A DNA stretch of 64,000 nt from Eledone cirrhosa (lineage: Eukaryota). The stretch covers positions 26,040,001-26,104,000 of the forward strand of contig OZ024747.1 in NCBI GenBank assembly GCA_964016885.1. The letters run 5' to 3'. Positions 29,510-43,460 of the stretch are shown here, piece after piece. The notes beneath the pieces were generated by a model that was not told where the DNA came from, did no database searches, and saw only the letters and a program-made list of their open reading frames with translations. The position numbers and the translations under genes are program-made. The first letter of the stretch is position 1. Every line of letters begins with the position of its first letter.

Positions 29510-29820
29510 TATTTCTTTATTAGCCACAAGGGCGCACAAGAAAAGGGGACAATACAAAGACATGCCGGGGATTTTACATACAGTCGTGTAAAAAATATAA
29601 AAAACAATCGAAATCCCCAATAGGGGGGAAGCGCCACAAATGGGTTGTTTAATACCCCGTCGATAGAACAACCCTCAACTCCAGGAGCGTGCTGTGCAAG
29701 TGCTCCTTTCTTCCCTTTGCTCTCTTCCTCAACCTACAGGCTTATAAACAAAGAAGGCCCCATCACTCGGGCCATTTTCGCTTCATTCACCCACCTTTCA
29801 GTAAATTTACTGGGGTGCAT
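29510..29820 (-). mobile_element. 5'-truncated L1/Tx1 LINE 3' end (ORF2 C-terminus plus 3' UTR)
   Basis: Minus frame HPSKFTERWVNEAKMARV...L* resembles the Tx1 F...W terminus and is followed by a UTR with AATAAA. Flanked by microsatellites. Confidence 0.65.
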
Positions 29821-29914
<94 letters not shown>

Positions 29915-29991
29915 TTAGATAAATAAATATATCGTCGACTGATAGGCGGGATCGTGAAACTTCGTTTAGCAAACAATCGATACTTTTATGC

Positions 29992-30065
<74 letters not shown>

Positions 30066-30097
30066 TTGCAAACTTTAAATATGTATGTATCTATATA

Positions 30098-30175
30098 CAG
30101 GTGACCCAAAATATGTATACACACTTTTTGATTAGAATGCTGTTGAAGTGTGTATACATTTTAGGGGACCACCTG
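30098..30175. mobile_element. Tc1/mariner-type MITE
   Basis: TA-CAGGTG..CCCAAAA..TGTATACAC ... GTGTATACA..TTTT.GGG..CACCTG-TA: terminal inverted repeats with TA flanks. Confidence 0.75.
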
Positions 30176-30179
30176 TATG

Positions 30180-30222
<43 letters not shown>

Positions 30223-30317
30223 GGCAACATCAATAATATAAGCTCTTCCACAGTTTACAGACAAAACTCTTCACTTGTTGATCACCACGCTACAAACACC
30301 TACGAACACACACACGC

Positions 30318-30359
<42 letters not shown>

Positions 30360-30619
30360 GTATATATATATTTATCTATTTATTTAGATATGCCTTTTGT
30401 TACTTTTATCAGACAATAGGCTACAGCGATGTTGGGACCGCCTTAATTTAATCAATCAACAAACTCAATACTTACTTTTCAGATCTGGCACTATTTTAAC
30501 ATTTTCTTTATGTCGAATCTGTAGATAAAACATCGATGTTTTCTTCAAAAGAACTGGTAGTGGAAGTGTTCTGGGGTGAAATATCGAAACTAAACCAACA
30601 AAACACTCGTTCATATTTT

Positions 30620-30714
30620 GGTGCATCATAAGTATAAAAGATATAGGGTGCATCATAAGTATAAAAGATATAGGATGCATCATAAGTATAAAAGATATAG
30701 GGTGCATCATAAGT
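30620..30714. repeat. 27-bp tandem repeat (~3.5 copies)
   Basis: GTGCATCATAAGTATAAAAGATATAGG repeated. Confidence 0.85.
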
Positions 30715-31183
30715 AACCGAGAAGTCAAGGTATTTTTATTGCAATGTTCACAATGTATTCAGGAACGCTCTCAACTTTTCAAACACTTAATATAAATTTT
30801 GACAATTTTTGTTTGATGTATTTATAATTTCGTACTGTTTGACCAGCATTTTATCATTTGGAATTATAGATATAGGACTGCCTGGTTACTTATGACTCTC
30901 CCTGTACATAAACACACACACACATGCATGTATGTATGTATGTATGTATGTATGTATGTATGTATGTATGTATGTATGTATGTATGTATGTATGTATGCA
31001 TGTACATATTTATGTCTATCTATATATATCTTTATTTATATCTATATCTACAACTGTCTATCTATCTCCCCCCCCCCCTCTCTATCTCTTTATATATATC
31101 TATATCTATATATAGTATACGAATAAGGGTACAAAAGAATCAATGTTGCATCATGACATTTAATAACATATTACGCCTATATA

Positions 31184-31220
<37 letters not shown>

Positions 31221-31221
<1 letters not shown>

Positions 31222-31407
31222 TTTCTACTTTTGGCACAAGGCCAGCAATTATATCGTGTATTACTGGTACTTTATTTTATCGACCCCCTAAGGATGAAAA
31301 GCAAAGTTCACCTCGGCGGGATTTGAACTCAGACCATAAAGGGCCGTAACTCTTTGCTTGCAAAGCATGGCGTCCGACCCTCTACCGATACTGCCAATCC
31401 ACCGCCC
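31221..31407 (-). mobile_element. tRNA-derived SINE
   Basis: Near-identical to 38122-38304. Confidence 0.8.
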
Positions 31408-31422
31408 TTATATATATATATA

Positions 31423-31868
31423 TTGTTATACTTGGGGAGGGTCATATTGTTGTAATATTGGCAGAAATAATAACAGAACACACTCACTGTTTGGTTGGTT
31501 TTCGCTTCTGTATCTTTTATATCTCCATAATTAATTCATTTGGCAATCAATGGCGTAGACATTACAATACAATAGGAGGGAACATAATAGTACCACTGAT
31601 GATGTTGCAGATGTGCAACGAAAGAACTTTGATAGACTATATATATATATATTTATATCTGCATTTTTAACCGCTGGTCAATCAATGATAAACATTGATT
31701 GCCAAATAAAGTTACTATGGAGATATAAAAGATTCAGAAGCGAAAACCAACCAAACAGTGAGTGTGTTCTGTTATTATTTCTGGCAATATTACAACAATA
31801 TGACCCTCCCCAAGTATAACAATATTTGTTTCGACACACGATTTCATATCAAAAACCTTGCAAAACAT
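31423..31868. mobile_element. Inverted-arm element with a degenerate HHR-like motif in the spacer
   Basis: Arms ~31423-31552 and ~31693-31822. The spacer has CTGATGA-T-GTTGCA(GATG)TGCAAC-GAAA at 31596-31623. The end recurs at 33358-33437. Confidence 0.65.
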
Positions 31869-32391
31869 ATATATATACTTAAGAGAGATTTAAGGCGCTG
31901 GTTTGAGACCTTTATTTCCCTCCGAAGAAGAGATGTTATCTCGAAAATTAAGGACATTTAAATAAATTCAAGGTAAAGGACGAATTCCCAACAATATCTT
32001 TTACAATTGCATTCTTTTTTCTATGTCCATACCTGCATTGTTTTGGCTTTATTACACATATTCAAACGTTTATATATATATATATTATGTTTTCGTCGTA
32101 TTTTTTTTTTAATAAAAGAAAATGGAAAAGGATTGACGTACGTGGGGGTCGAACCCACATCTTTGGTTATTCAGATCACTGTGCTACCATTATACGAACA
32201 CATCACCCAGCCCTTTCCATTCAAATTATTTTTAGAGGGTTTTCAATCCCACTATCAGGCTAACATTTCTTTAGTCAAAAAATACGGCGAAAACTTCTTT
32301 TTCTAAATTTCAAACTTCGTTAACTGTTTCAAAAATATAAATAGATCCCAAATTGAGTCGGGGTTAGCCACAGTAAATAAGGTACTCAAAC

Positions 32392-32442
<51 letters not shown>

Positions 32443-32548
32443 GTGTGTGTGTGTGTATATATAGAAAATACTCCTATAGGTCGAGAACTGTTTCTTTCAC
32501 TTGAAATCATTTTCATACGAATGACACAGTTCTAGTCCTGTAGAAGCC

Positions 32549-32599
<51 letters not shown>

Positions 32600-32756
32600 C
32601 ACTAATAATACATTATATGTCAATCAAAGGCTATAATAGAAAATACTTGTCAAAGGTGTGATTGGTAGGACCGAACCTAAAACTACATGGCTGAGATTTT
32701 AGCGTTCTGTATATATATATATATGATATATATATATACATATACACACACACACG

Positions 32757-32868
<112 letters not shown>

Positions 32869-33433
32869 TGTATGTATGTATGTATGTGTGTATGTATGTA
32901 TGCATGCATGCATGTATGCATGTATGTACGTATGTATGTGTGTTTATATGTATGCAGGTATGTATATACGTATATATGTATATATGTATATATGTATATA
33001 TGATTGTATGTATGTGCGTGGATGAATGTATTTATGCAAGTATGTAAATATGTATGTTCTTCTGGTTTTATAATTTCACAAAGTTTTACCAATAAAGTGA
33101 GAGTCGGTTTCTAACATAGACACAAGACTCTCTCATTGGAATTTACACAACATTAACTAGGTAGATTATATATGCATGTCTGCATGTGTAGATATGGATG
33201 TTATTGTATGTGTGGATGTGTATGTTTTGAGTTGTATGTGTGCATGCGTATATGCTTAGTATCTGTACATGTGTATATGCAGCTATTAGATGCAAAAGTT
33301 TTGGAATGTTTTACATATTTTTACTGTTCCATTAATGGGTTGTACTTGTAATTTCCTAATATTACAACAATATGACCCTCCTCAAGTATAACAATATTTG
33401 TTTCGACACACGATTTCATATAAAAAACCTTGC

Positions 33434-33591
<158 letters not shown>

Positions 33592-33612
33592 TGTATGTAT
33601 GTATGTATGTAT

Positions 33613-33837
33613 GGCACAGGCATTGCTTTATATCTGGAGATCTCTCTGCACTTGTCGTCACATGGTACCATGGGCCCAGCACTGTGTGTCAATAATTGTC
33701 ACAAGTGTAGTGTTTGTACCAGAGTTTTCAAGTCGCTGGCTGGACTAAAAAGTCACACTCGTTCAGCGCATCGGTAGGGGTTCTCCTACATGGATATAAA
33801 GTAGTGGCCGTACTCGAAAACGAGTTGGCAGCCACCA
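33613..33837 (+). mobile_element. RTE-derived element 3' part followed by a long (TATG)n tail
   Basis: Reverse complement of 92-317. Encodes a C2H2-like ORF2 end. Confidence 0.65.
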
Positions 33838-34067
33838 TGTATGTATGTATGTATGTATGTATGTATGTATGTATGTATGTATGTATGTATGTATGTATGT
33901 ATGTATGTATGTATGCATGTATGTATGTATGTATATATATATGTATGTGTGTATGTATGTATATATATATATGTAAGTATGTATATGTATGTATATATGT
34001 ATGTATGTATATATGTATGTATATATGTATGTATATATATATATATGTATGCATGCATGTATGTATG

Positions 34068-34099
<32 letters not shown>

Positions 34100-34161
34100 T
34101 GTATGTATGTATGTATGTATGTATGTATGTATATATGTATGTATATATGTATGTATATATA

Positions 34162-34197
<36 letters not shown>

Positions 34198-34231
34198 TGT
34201 ATGTATGTATGTATGTATGTATGTATGTATG

Positions 34232-34263
<32 letters not shown>

Positions 34264-34387
34264 TGTATGTATGTATGTATGTATATGTATATATATATGT
34301 ATGTATATATGTATGTATATATGTATGCATGTATGTATGTATGTATGTATGTATGTATGTATGTATGTATGTATGTATGTATGTATG

Positions 34388-34423
<36 letters not shown>

Positions 34424-34755
34424 TGTATGTATGTATGTATGTATATGTATATATATATGTATGTATATATGTATGTATGTATGTATGCATGTATGTATGT
34501 ATGTATGTATGTATGTATGCATGTATGTATGTATGTATGTATGTATGTATGTATGTAGGGGTGACACATGCGCATTTATGTTTTTTGTTTTATGTTTACA
34601 TGAAAGCGTGGTATGTGCTCACACACCAATCATTTCACATGTCACACCCCATCCTCGTCTTTGCTGGCGGTTATATCTCTGCGGCCATTGTTTATATATC
34701 TGTTAAGTTACATACATACATACGTACACATACATACATACACACACACACACAT

Positions 34756-34919
<164 letters not shown>

Positions 34920-35306
34920 GTATTTATATCTAAAGGGGTGGTAGAACTGGCAGGGGGATAGGGGCGTCTCAGAGAAGCCATGCTCCACCCCCACACTCAA
35001 ATAATTATATTTTCTTCACAAATTACCAAAACACACATCTATTTGTATATGCGCTACAATTTATGTACTTGTCATGTAGAGACAGATGGGGAGATAGAGA
35101 TAGAGATAGATATAGAGAGGGAGATGGTTTGGTGGTAATTGATATAGAGATTGGAAGAGAGTTCCGTATAGTAGATATATAGAGGGGAATATTTGGCTGT
35201 TAGTTGATATAGAGAGAGGTATTGTAAGAGAGTTCCGTGTAGTAAATATAGAGAGGGGTAGAGTTTGGTGCTAATTGATATAAATAGGGGGAGTGTTTGG
35301 TGTTAA

Positions 35307-35823
35307 TTGATTAGCTATTCATGCAGTCCTTCAATGAAATCCAAGATTACCTGTGGGAAAATACCCAGAGAAAATCTAGGATGTTCATGCAAAAATGCAG
35401 GAGAAAGTTCTCTACAGGGCAAATACAACATTAAATCTATTGTATGTGAGGCTAACGTGACACCTATAAACACCAACCAACCAGCTACCAGTGAGCGATA
35501 TGTAGATATGACTCAAGATAAATTTAAATAACGATATTATGCATATGTCTCTTCCTTAAGACATCATGAAAAAAGAAAACTACGATACTGGTAAACAGAA
35601 TATGGGAGATGAAAGAACGTGGAATGCCATATGTAATTAATTGGTCCATTTTAGACCAATCAAAAGAATATGCAAAAGGTACAAGAAAATGTACCTTATG
35701 CATAAGTGAGAAATATAGAATTCTACAAAACCCTGAAATCTCCAAATACTTATCTTAACTCTGAAACTAAGCTTTTCAGAGGTTGCCCGCATATAAGATT
35801 TCATCTGCTTTCCTTGTGAAATA
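35307..35823 (+). pseudogene. Penelope-like (Neptune-type) GIY-YIG endonuclease relic
   Basis: ISYSCSPSMKS..CSCKN....LQGK....SIV.EA.V....YV.MT...FK*RY, then (frameshifted) IWEMKERGMPYVINWSILDQSKEYAKGTRKCTLCISEKYRIL...LN......CPH. This is the characteristic PLE linker plus EN C-terminus. Confidence 0.85.
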
Positions 35824-36342
35824 AACATAGCATCAATTTGGACACACAACCACCCTGAGCATATATTTCAATTGTGAAATAGCATTAACACTAACTATCC
35901 TGAAACTTATATTCAATATCCCCACATACATTTAATTATATATATAACACACAAACAACACTCACATATTGACTATGATTATATGCTTTTTGTTAAACCT
36001 ATAACAATCATATATTGATTATTTTCACTTCTTTCTTTCGCTATGTACACTCTATAAGACGCATCGAACACATTCTAATGATATATTTGACACATATATA
36101 ACTTATCATACTTATAACCCTTACATGTGATTTTTATCCAATCTTACTTCATCCCTAATTCCAGCACCGAAAACTCCTCTCTGTAAATATACTTAACATA
36201 TTCATAGATATGCATGAATATTATTTAGTGGTAATATATTTATTTTTTCTATGTATTAACTTGCATGTGTATGTGAATATATATGCGTTTATATGTAATT
36301 GGATTTATATCGTATATATATATTGTATATATGTTTTATGTA

Positions 36343-36407
<65 letters not shown>

Positions 36408-36409
36408 AT

Positions 36410-36860
36410 AATGAATGTAATCTGAGCTTTTCGAATATTAATAATACTATTCGATTCGTTTGCAATTATGCACAAACCGCCTCTTTTTTAATGCCATGAC
36501 AGTAGAATGAGCCCCTCATTCTTGCTCTTGTGTTGCCATGTAAACAAAACTGCAGACACTAACGTTTCTGGGTATTACCCTTCAGCAGTGCAGTTCACTG
36601 TTCAGCTGCCAACTGTCAGAGCTAGTGAAAATATATGATATTTTCTAAAATATACAGTGACTGATCAGCCATATTTGCATATTAGCAGACTGGCTGATCA
36701 GTCAGATCTGCATATTAGCAGATCCACTGATCAGCCAGATTTGCATATCAGCAGACAGGCCAGTCAGTTTCTTGTATACGATTGATTAATGACCGGCTTT
36801 GCCATATTAAAAAAAAATTATCGCTCTACATGGCTGAATACAATGAATGTAATCTGAGTT
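36410..36860 (-). mobile_element. Retrozyme-like unit (family D), 432-nt period with terminal direct repeat
   Basis: AATGAATGTAATCTGAG occurs at 36410 and 36842. An HHR lies on the minus strand at 36548-36595 (core mutated to CTGCTGA). Homologs at 40135-40323 and 45185-45412. Confidence 0.7.
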
Positions 36861-36870
36861 ATTTATTTAT

Positions 36871-36922
<52 letters not shown>

Positions 36923-37341
36923 TGTTGTATGTGTGTTTGTGTGTGTGCGTGCGTATGTCTTTATATATATATGTGTGTGAGTGTATGTGTATGGGTGTGT
37001 ATTTGGGATTGATGCGTTTATATATATCTATGTATGAATGTATATGTATGTACGTATAGATGCGCGCATGTAATTTTATGTGAGTGCATGAATGTAAATT
37101 TAAGTGTGTGTATATATGTATATATATTTTTTCCGTTATAAGATGTTATTTTAACTCAGCCTCACTTTCATTTTTAACAGATATTAATTCAAAACTTATA
37201 TCCAAAACATAACTATTTGAACTGATGAACGAGCTGGACGTTTCTGTCAGGGTTGTCGAGTTTCTTGAAGCATTTAGTAATGGAATAATTATATTTTGTT
37301 GTTTTTGAAATATATACATACATATATATATATATGTATAC

Positions 37342-37761
37342 ATATTTCGTATCTCCAAAGAAATACGGTTTTAGGAAGCCGTATCTATGCAAACACCGGG
37401 GGGCTAACGCCCTCTGGTGATGTCCAGCAGAAGCAAGGGAGACAACCGTCTATGTATTTCAGGCTTAACTGGCCATCGCCAGGACGCCCCCTCCCAGCGC
37501 TTGCGACTGCTGGAATAGAAGACAGGCGAGAATATATAGTTTTCTCGTCTGTGTAAATGAGGTGATTAATCTCATTTGCATATGAAGCTGCATAAGTGGC
37601 AAGCGGTGGGAGGGACCGTCCTGACGATGGCCAGGTAAGCCTGAAATGCATAGACGGTTGTCCCCCTTGCTTCTGCTGGACATCACCAGAGGGCGTTAGC
37701 CCACCGGTGTTTGCATAGCTACGGCTTCCTAAAACCGTATTTCTTTGGAGATACGAAATAT
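37342..37761. mobile_element. PLE-like inverted-arm element (family C)
   Basis: Arms ~37342-37508 and ~37596-37761 are near-perfect reverse complements, and both carry the HHR motif. Confidence 0.8.
37615..37658 (+). ncRNA. Minimal type I hammerhead ribozyme
   Basis: ACCGTC-CTGACGA-T-GGC(CAGGTAA)GCC-T-GAAA-TGCA-TA-GACGGT. Stem I is 6 bp, stem III is the palindrome ATGCAT, and cleavage is predicted after 37652. Confidence 0.85.
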
Positions 37762-38121
37762 TTATACATATTGTATAAAGCTATGCTTGAAGCGAAATCC
37801 TATTTCTTATATATATATATATCAAACAGAGAAAAAGAAAAAAGTAATTTGTCACTATTATAGTGGGCATCACTATGAAAAGATTGCTAAAACTATCCAA
37901 ACATAGTTTAACTTATGCCAAAGCCTCCATCAGGTAGAGTACAAAACTAACTAATACAAGAGATATAAAACTAACTAATACAAGATATTTTCACTCGCAT
38001 CTTATCCCTTATTGCAGTTCCTGGAATTAAGAAACAATATAAATAACCTTAATAAGTTAAGACAACCAAAATTGGAAGAAAATTCCTTCAGCAGAGGTTT
38101 TCTTTGGAAAAAGAAAATAAT

Positions 38122-38304
38122 TGTTTCTACTTTAGGCACAAGGCCAGCAATTACCAGTGCATTACTGGTACTTTATTTTATCGACCCCGTAAGGATGAAA
38201 GGCAAAGTCAACCTCGGCGGGATTTGAACTCAGATGGTAAAGGGACGTAACTATGCTGCAAAGCATGGCGTCCGACCCTCTACCGATACTGCCAATCCAC
38301 CGCC
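38122..38304 (-). mobile_element. tRNA-derived SINE with ~20-bp target-site duplication
   Basis: CTTTGGAAAAAGAAAATAAT at 38102-38121 and 38304-38323. GATTTGAACTC is a B box on the minus strand. Confidence 0.9.
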
Positions 38305-38874
38305 TTTGGAAAAAGAAAATAATATTGACCTGTTAGTAAACGGGGTTTGTCCTTATTGAACCAGCATAGTACATCTAGTTACATGCTTGCGTAAATCGAT
38401 CACTAAATGAATATATGTATATCAAGGACAATATGACAGGTTGGCAATGAAGCTAGAAGTAGCGCACATAAAGCCTGTTTAGAGCAACTCAACAAAAAAG
38501 AGTAAGAATAAGATGCGAGAGAAACTCACGTAGTTAATTTTGCTGGTAATCAACCGATGGAGAATTTGGCATAAGTAAAACTATGTTTATATATACATAT
38601 ACATACACAGCAATGTATGCATATATTTATGGATATTTATGTATACACAGGCACTGCACAAATATGTATATGCACCCCCCCCCCACACACACACACCACA
38701 CACACATATATATATATGTGTGCGCGTGTGTGTATATATACATATATGGAATCTTTAAGAAATATTGCTTCCCACGCTATCGAATAGATTTATTTATCCA
38801 CATATCTATCCATCTATCTATTTCTTTCCCTCTCTCTCTCTTTTGCTTTATATATATATATATGTATGTATATG

Positions 38875-38961
<87 letters not shown>

Positions 38962-38994
38962 CACACCGCCAGAGATTCGATTTTACTAAGTATC

Positions 38995-39040
<46 letters not shown>

Positions 39041-39046
39041 AATATT

Positions 39047-39175
<129 letters not shown>

Positions 39176-39204
39176 ATGTATGTATATATATATATATATG
39201 TATG

Positions 39205-39251
<47 letters not shown>

Positions 39252-39288
39252 CACACCGCCAGAGTTTCGATTTTTCTAAGTATCAAAT

Positions 39289-39344
<56 letters not shown>

Positions 39345-39378
39345 AATATTTATATATATATATATGTATATATGTATG

Positions 39379-39501
<123 letters not shown>

Positions 39502-39516
39502 TATATAATATATACA

Positions 39517-39614
39517 TAGGGTGTCCCCAAAAATGTATACACACTTTGATAATTTGTACAGGCAATACTTATTAGAATGCTGTTGAAGTGTGTATACATA
39601 TTTTGGACACTCTG
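39517..39614. mobile_element. Tc1/mariner-type MITE (same family as 30098)
   Basis: Shared TIRs and internal ATTAGAATGCTGTTGAAGTGTGTATACA. Confidence 0.75.
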
Positions 39615-39766
39615 TATATATATATATAGTATAGTATTCTGTGTTTCTGCTTTGCCCGATATGAAGTCTTATACACAGACATATGTATGTAATTGTAATT
39701 GTAAGAGTTCATATATTAACTTGAAAAAAGAAAACATTCAGAAATGGTTGAAAGATATGCATGAAC

Positions 39767-39871
<105 letters not shown>

Positions 39872-40046
39872 AACACACACACACAAACACACACACACAC
39901 ACACACACACATTCATACACACAAATACACACACGTACATACATACGCACACACACATACACATACATACACACACACATACACAGACACACACATTTAC
40001 ATACGTATAGCTCTTTATATCTATATATACATTGTTCATTTACTTA

Positions 40047-40107
<61 letters not shown>

Positions 40108-40265
40108 AACTGCAATATATATATATATAAAGAAAGAAATTGTCGCTCTACATGGCTGAATGCAATAAATGTAATCTGGTTTGCAATTATGCAAACAACC
40201 TCTTTTTTAAAGCCATGTCAGTAGAATGAGCCCCTCAATTTTGGTCTTGTTTTGGCATGTAAACA

Positions 40266-40315
40266 GAACTGCAGACACTAACGTTTCTAAGTATTACCCT
40301 TCATCAGTGCAGTTC
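40266..40315 (-). ncRNA. Type I hammerhead ribozyme (family D)
   Basis: Minus strand: GAACTGCA-CTGATGA-AGGGTAATACTTA-GAAA-CGTTAGTG-TC-TGCAGTTC. Stem I is 8 bp, with a GUC site. Confidence 0.8.
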
Positions 40316-40322
40316 ACTGTTC

Positions 40323-40420
<98 letters not shown>

Positions 40421-40695
40421 GAGAGAGAGAGAGAAAGCGAGAGAGTGAGAAATTCAAAATGATATACAAGTCTCTAAATACTAATCAGAGAAGAATCCAA
40501 AATGTGACATATTAATAGCTGAGTCGTGCTTGACTTTGTTTGTTGCCGCTAATATATTATGGGCGACAAACATTATATCAGATATAGAGTGTTGGGTGGT
40601 TTACATCCCTGATACTGTCCAGATCAACTAGATCAGCTGAAAACAGCTGTATTGTTTCCGCAGTACTTCAATCAAAGTTTTAGCATTATTATAGA

Positions 40696-40871
40696 GTTGG
40701 CAGTATCGGTAGAGGGTCGGACGCCATGCTTTCCAGCATAGTTACGTCCCTTTACGATCTGAGTTCAAATCCCGCCGAGGTTGACTTTGCCTTTCATCCT
40801 TACGGGGTCGATAAAATAAAATACCAGTAATGCATTGGGTATTTGCTGGCCTTGTGCCTAAAGTAGAAACA
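40696..40871 (+). mobile_element. tRNA-derived SINE with short TSD ATTATAGAG
   Basis: GAGTTCAAATCCCGCCGAGGTTGACTTTGCCTTTCATCC core, with duplicated flanks. Confidence 0.85.
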
Positions 40872-40889
40872 ATTATAGAGGGTGTTGTT

Positions 40890-42540
40890 TTCATCAGTCA
40901 GAGAGCCAACAGTGGAGATGGTGATCTTGATTTTGGGTTGTTTTTCGGTTGTTGATGATGGTCTTGATGCTACTTTGGAGGTTATGCTTTAAGTATTCAA
41001 GCAATGCAATGACAGTTGAAGAGGTGTGTTGCTGCAGGCAATATTTTAGTAGGCTGATTTTTTTGTTAATTCTTTTTATTTTCCTAATGATAGTTCTTCT
41101 ATTCCTGGGAATTCTGCACTTAATTTTGTTCACAGATCTTGTTGGGGTATGTTTCGCACATATATTTATAACAGTGTCTGTAAGTATATGCCAAGATCTC
41201 TGGATGTTGATGGAGGTGTGTGTGTGTGAAAGACTAGTAGACATGTGAAAGATCGGGAATGATTACATCCCAATTTGCATTATGAAGATCTATGTTATGA
41301 AATGGGTGGGCTGGTGAGAAGTCATCGTGTTTAACTTTTGGCTGGTGGAATCTCAGATATGGGACAACCATGTCATATCTGAGAGGAGGGTTTTTTCCAC
41401 TGCAATATTGTGAATGGTGTTTGTGTGCTTACTAAACACTAGGTCCAAAATGTTTTTGTGACATCTTGTTGGTATGAGCACAAGTTGGGACAGGAAAATC
41501 GCATTCATGAATTCGGAGAGTGATTCTACTAATGTTTTTTCAGGGATTTGAGGTGAAAATACCTGGCTTCAAGCTATTTGTAGACTAATCAACACAGAGG
41601 CGGTTGAAGCCACCCATCATGGCTGTTACTGCTTTTGTTGTTGTTGTAGTTGATCTTGCCGCTCTGGCTCAACAATATTTGAATAAAAAATCTGTTTAAG
41701 TTCTTTGAAATGCACGTGAGTTAATTTGGAAGATACCTCAATGTGCCTTTCTTTGTTCAGAATCTGTTTCTCTTAAAGCAGGGGGTCACTTTTAAGCATT
41801 GGAACAACTATTAGGGCCATTAATATTTATTAAGCACTATTCCAAAGATTCATCACAACTTCTTTCCATAACATGGAACTAGGAAATTATAACGCACACA
41901 ACCCTTTTAGTGAAGCCCTTTAGTATAGGTCAACTAACAGTGAAGCCCTTTAGTATAGGTCAACTAACAGAAAATTGTATTACGGTTACAAAAAAAATTC
42001 TAAATAAGCCCACAAGGTAAAAAATAAAAAAGCTCATCGCTGGCCACTCTCACTGGTCTGGCGAGCCGGATTGTGGCCCGCGGGCTGCCTGTTACACGCC
42101 CCTGTCTTAAAGCGATGTTTTAACATTTATGATAATTTGGGGGTAATGTGGTTCAGACAAGAAGCATTTTCCGCTTGTAAAAAACAGGACCATGTATATA
42201 TTAGAATGTGATTTCATTCTCTGACTAATTTTGATTTTTTTTATTATTTTGGAGAAGTGTTGTGTAGTCATCCTGGTGTACCTTTTCTTCTTCTTTTCTG
42301 TCCGTTATTGTCTTTAGTTTTACTTTCTTTTCCCCTTCACCCTCTCACTCTCTCGTGTGTATGTGTGAGTGTAGGGGTTTCTGATTCCTGTGTGGATATT
42401 CAGAACAAGGTTTGTGCAAAAATGTATGTTTCAATAATGAGAAATTCTGTACTAACAGAATTATTGTATAAACATATTTTGTTAGAATTGATTCTTTCCA
42501 GGGTCTGGTTTATTAGTATTACTTAGTTAAATTAATTAGT
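40890..42540 (-). pseudogene. Decayed CR1/L2-group LINE (AP endonuclease and linker), interrupted by a MITE
   Basis: Minus frames: MMGGFN...VD* (GDFN-like), FLSQLVLIPTR..NILDLVF...IHNI.VEKTLLSD, then IPRNRRTIIRKIKRINKKI. The part beyond 42113 is less certain. Confidence 0.75.
41779..42104. mobile_element. hAT (Charlie-like) non-autonomous element
   Basis: CAGGGG...CCCCTG ends, 8-bp TSD TCTTAAAG (41771-41778 and 42105-42112), GGCCCGCGGGC subterminal motif and an internal 30-bp duplication. Confidence 0.85.
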
Positions 42541-42651
42541 TAGTCACCCAGGATTATATCTTGCTGCTGGCTTTAGGAGTGCTTTAAAACACGTCTGTAT
42601 ATTTTCAACAGTCCAGCATATATATATATATATATATATATATAGTATATG

Positions 42652-42685
<34 letters not shown>

Positions 42686-42695
42686 ATATATATAT

Positions 42696-42729
<34 letters not shown>

Positions 42730-42765
42730 GTTAAAAGAATAGAGGTGTAACACACAAGTTATTAT

Positions 42766-43273
<508 letters not shown>

Positions 43274-43403
43274 CCTGAGGGAGTCGTAGGGACGCCGTGT
43301 TGACATATGGTGTTTCTAGGGCATTTTAAAACCTGTGGAGCCCATCAATATATATCACAATATATATATATAATATTATATATATATATATACATATATA
43401 TAC

Positions 43404-43458
<55 letters not shown>

Positions 43459-43460
<2 letters not shown>

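Noticed and set aside
32130-32200. tRNA gene on the minus strand
   Set aside because: Only a B-box and T-arm-like piece is recognisable, with no full cloverleaf. A SINE head is more likely.
33690-33777. C2H2 zinc-finger host gene exon
   Set aside because: It is a single finger inside a repeated element, followed by a stop and a retroelement-type tail.
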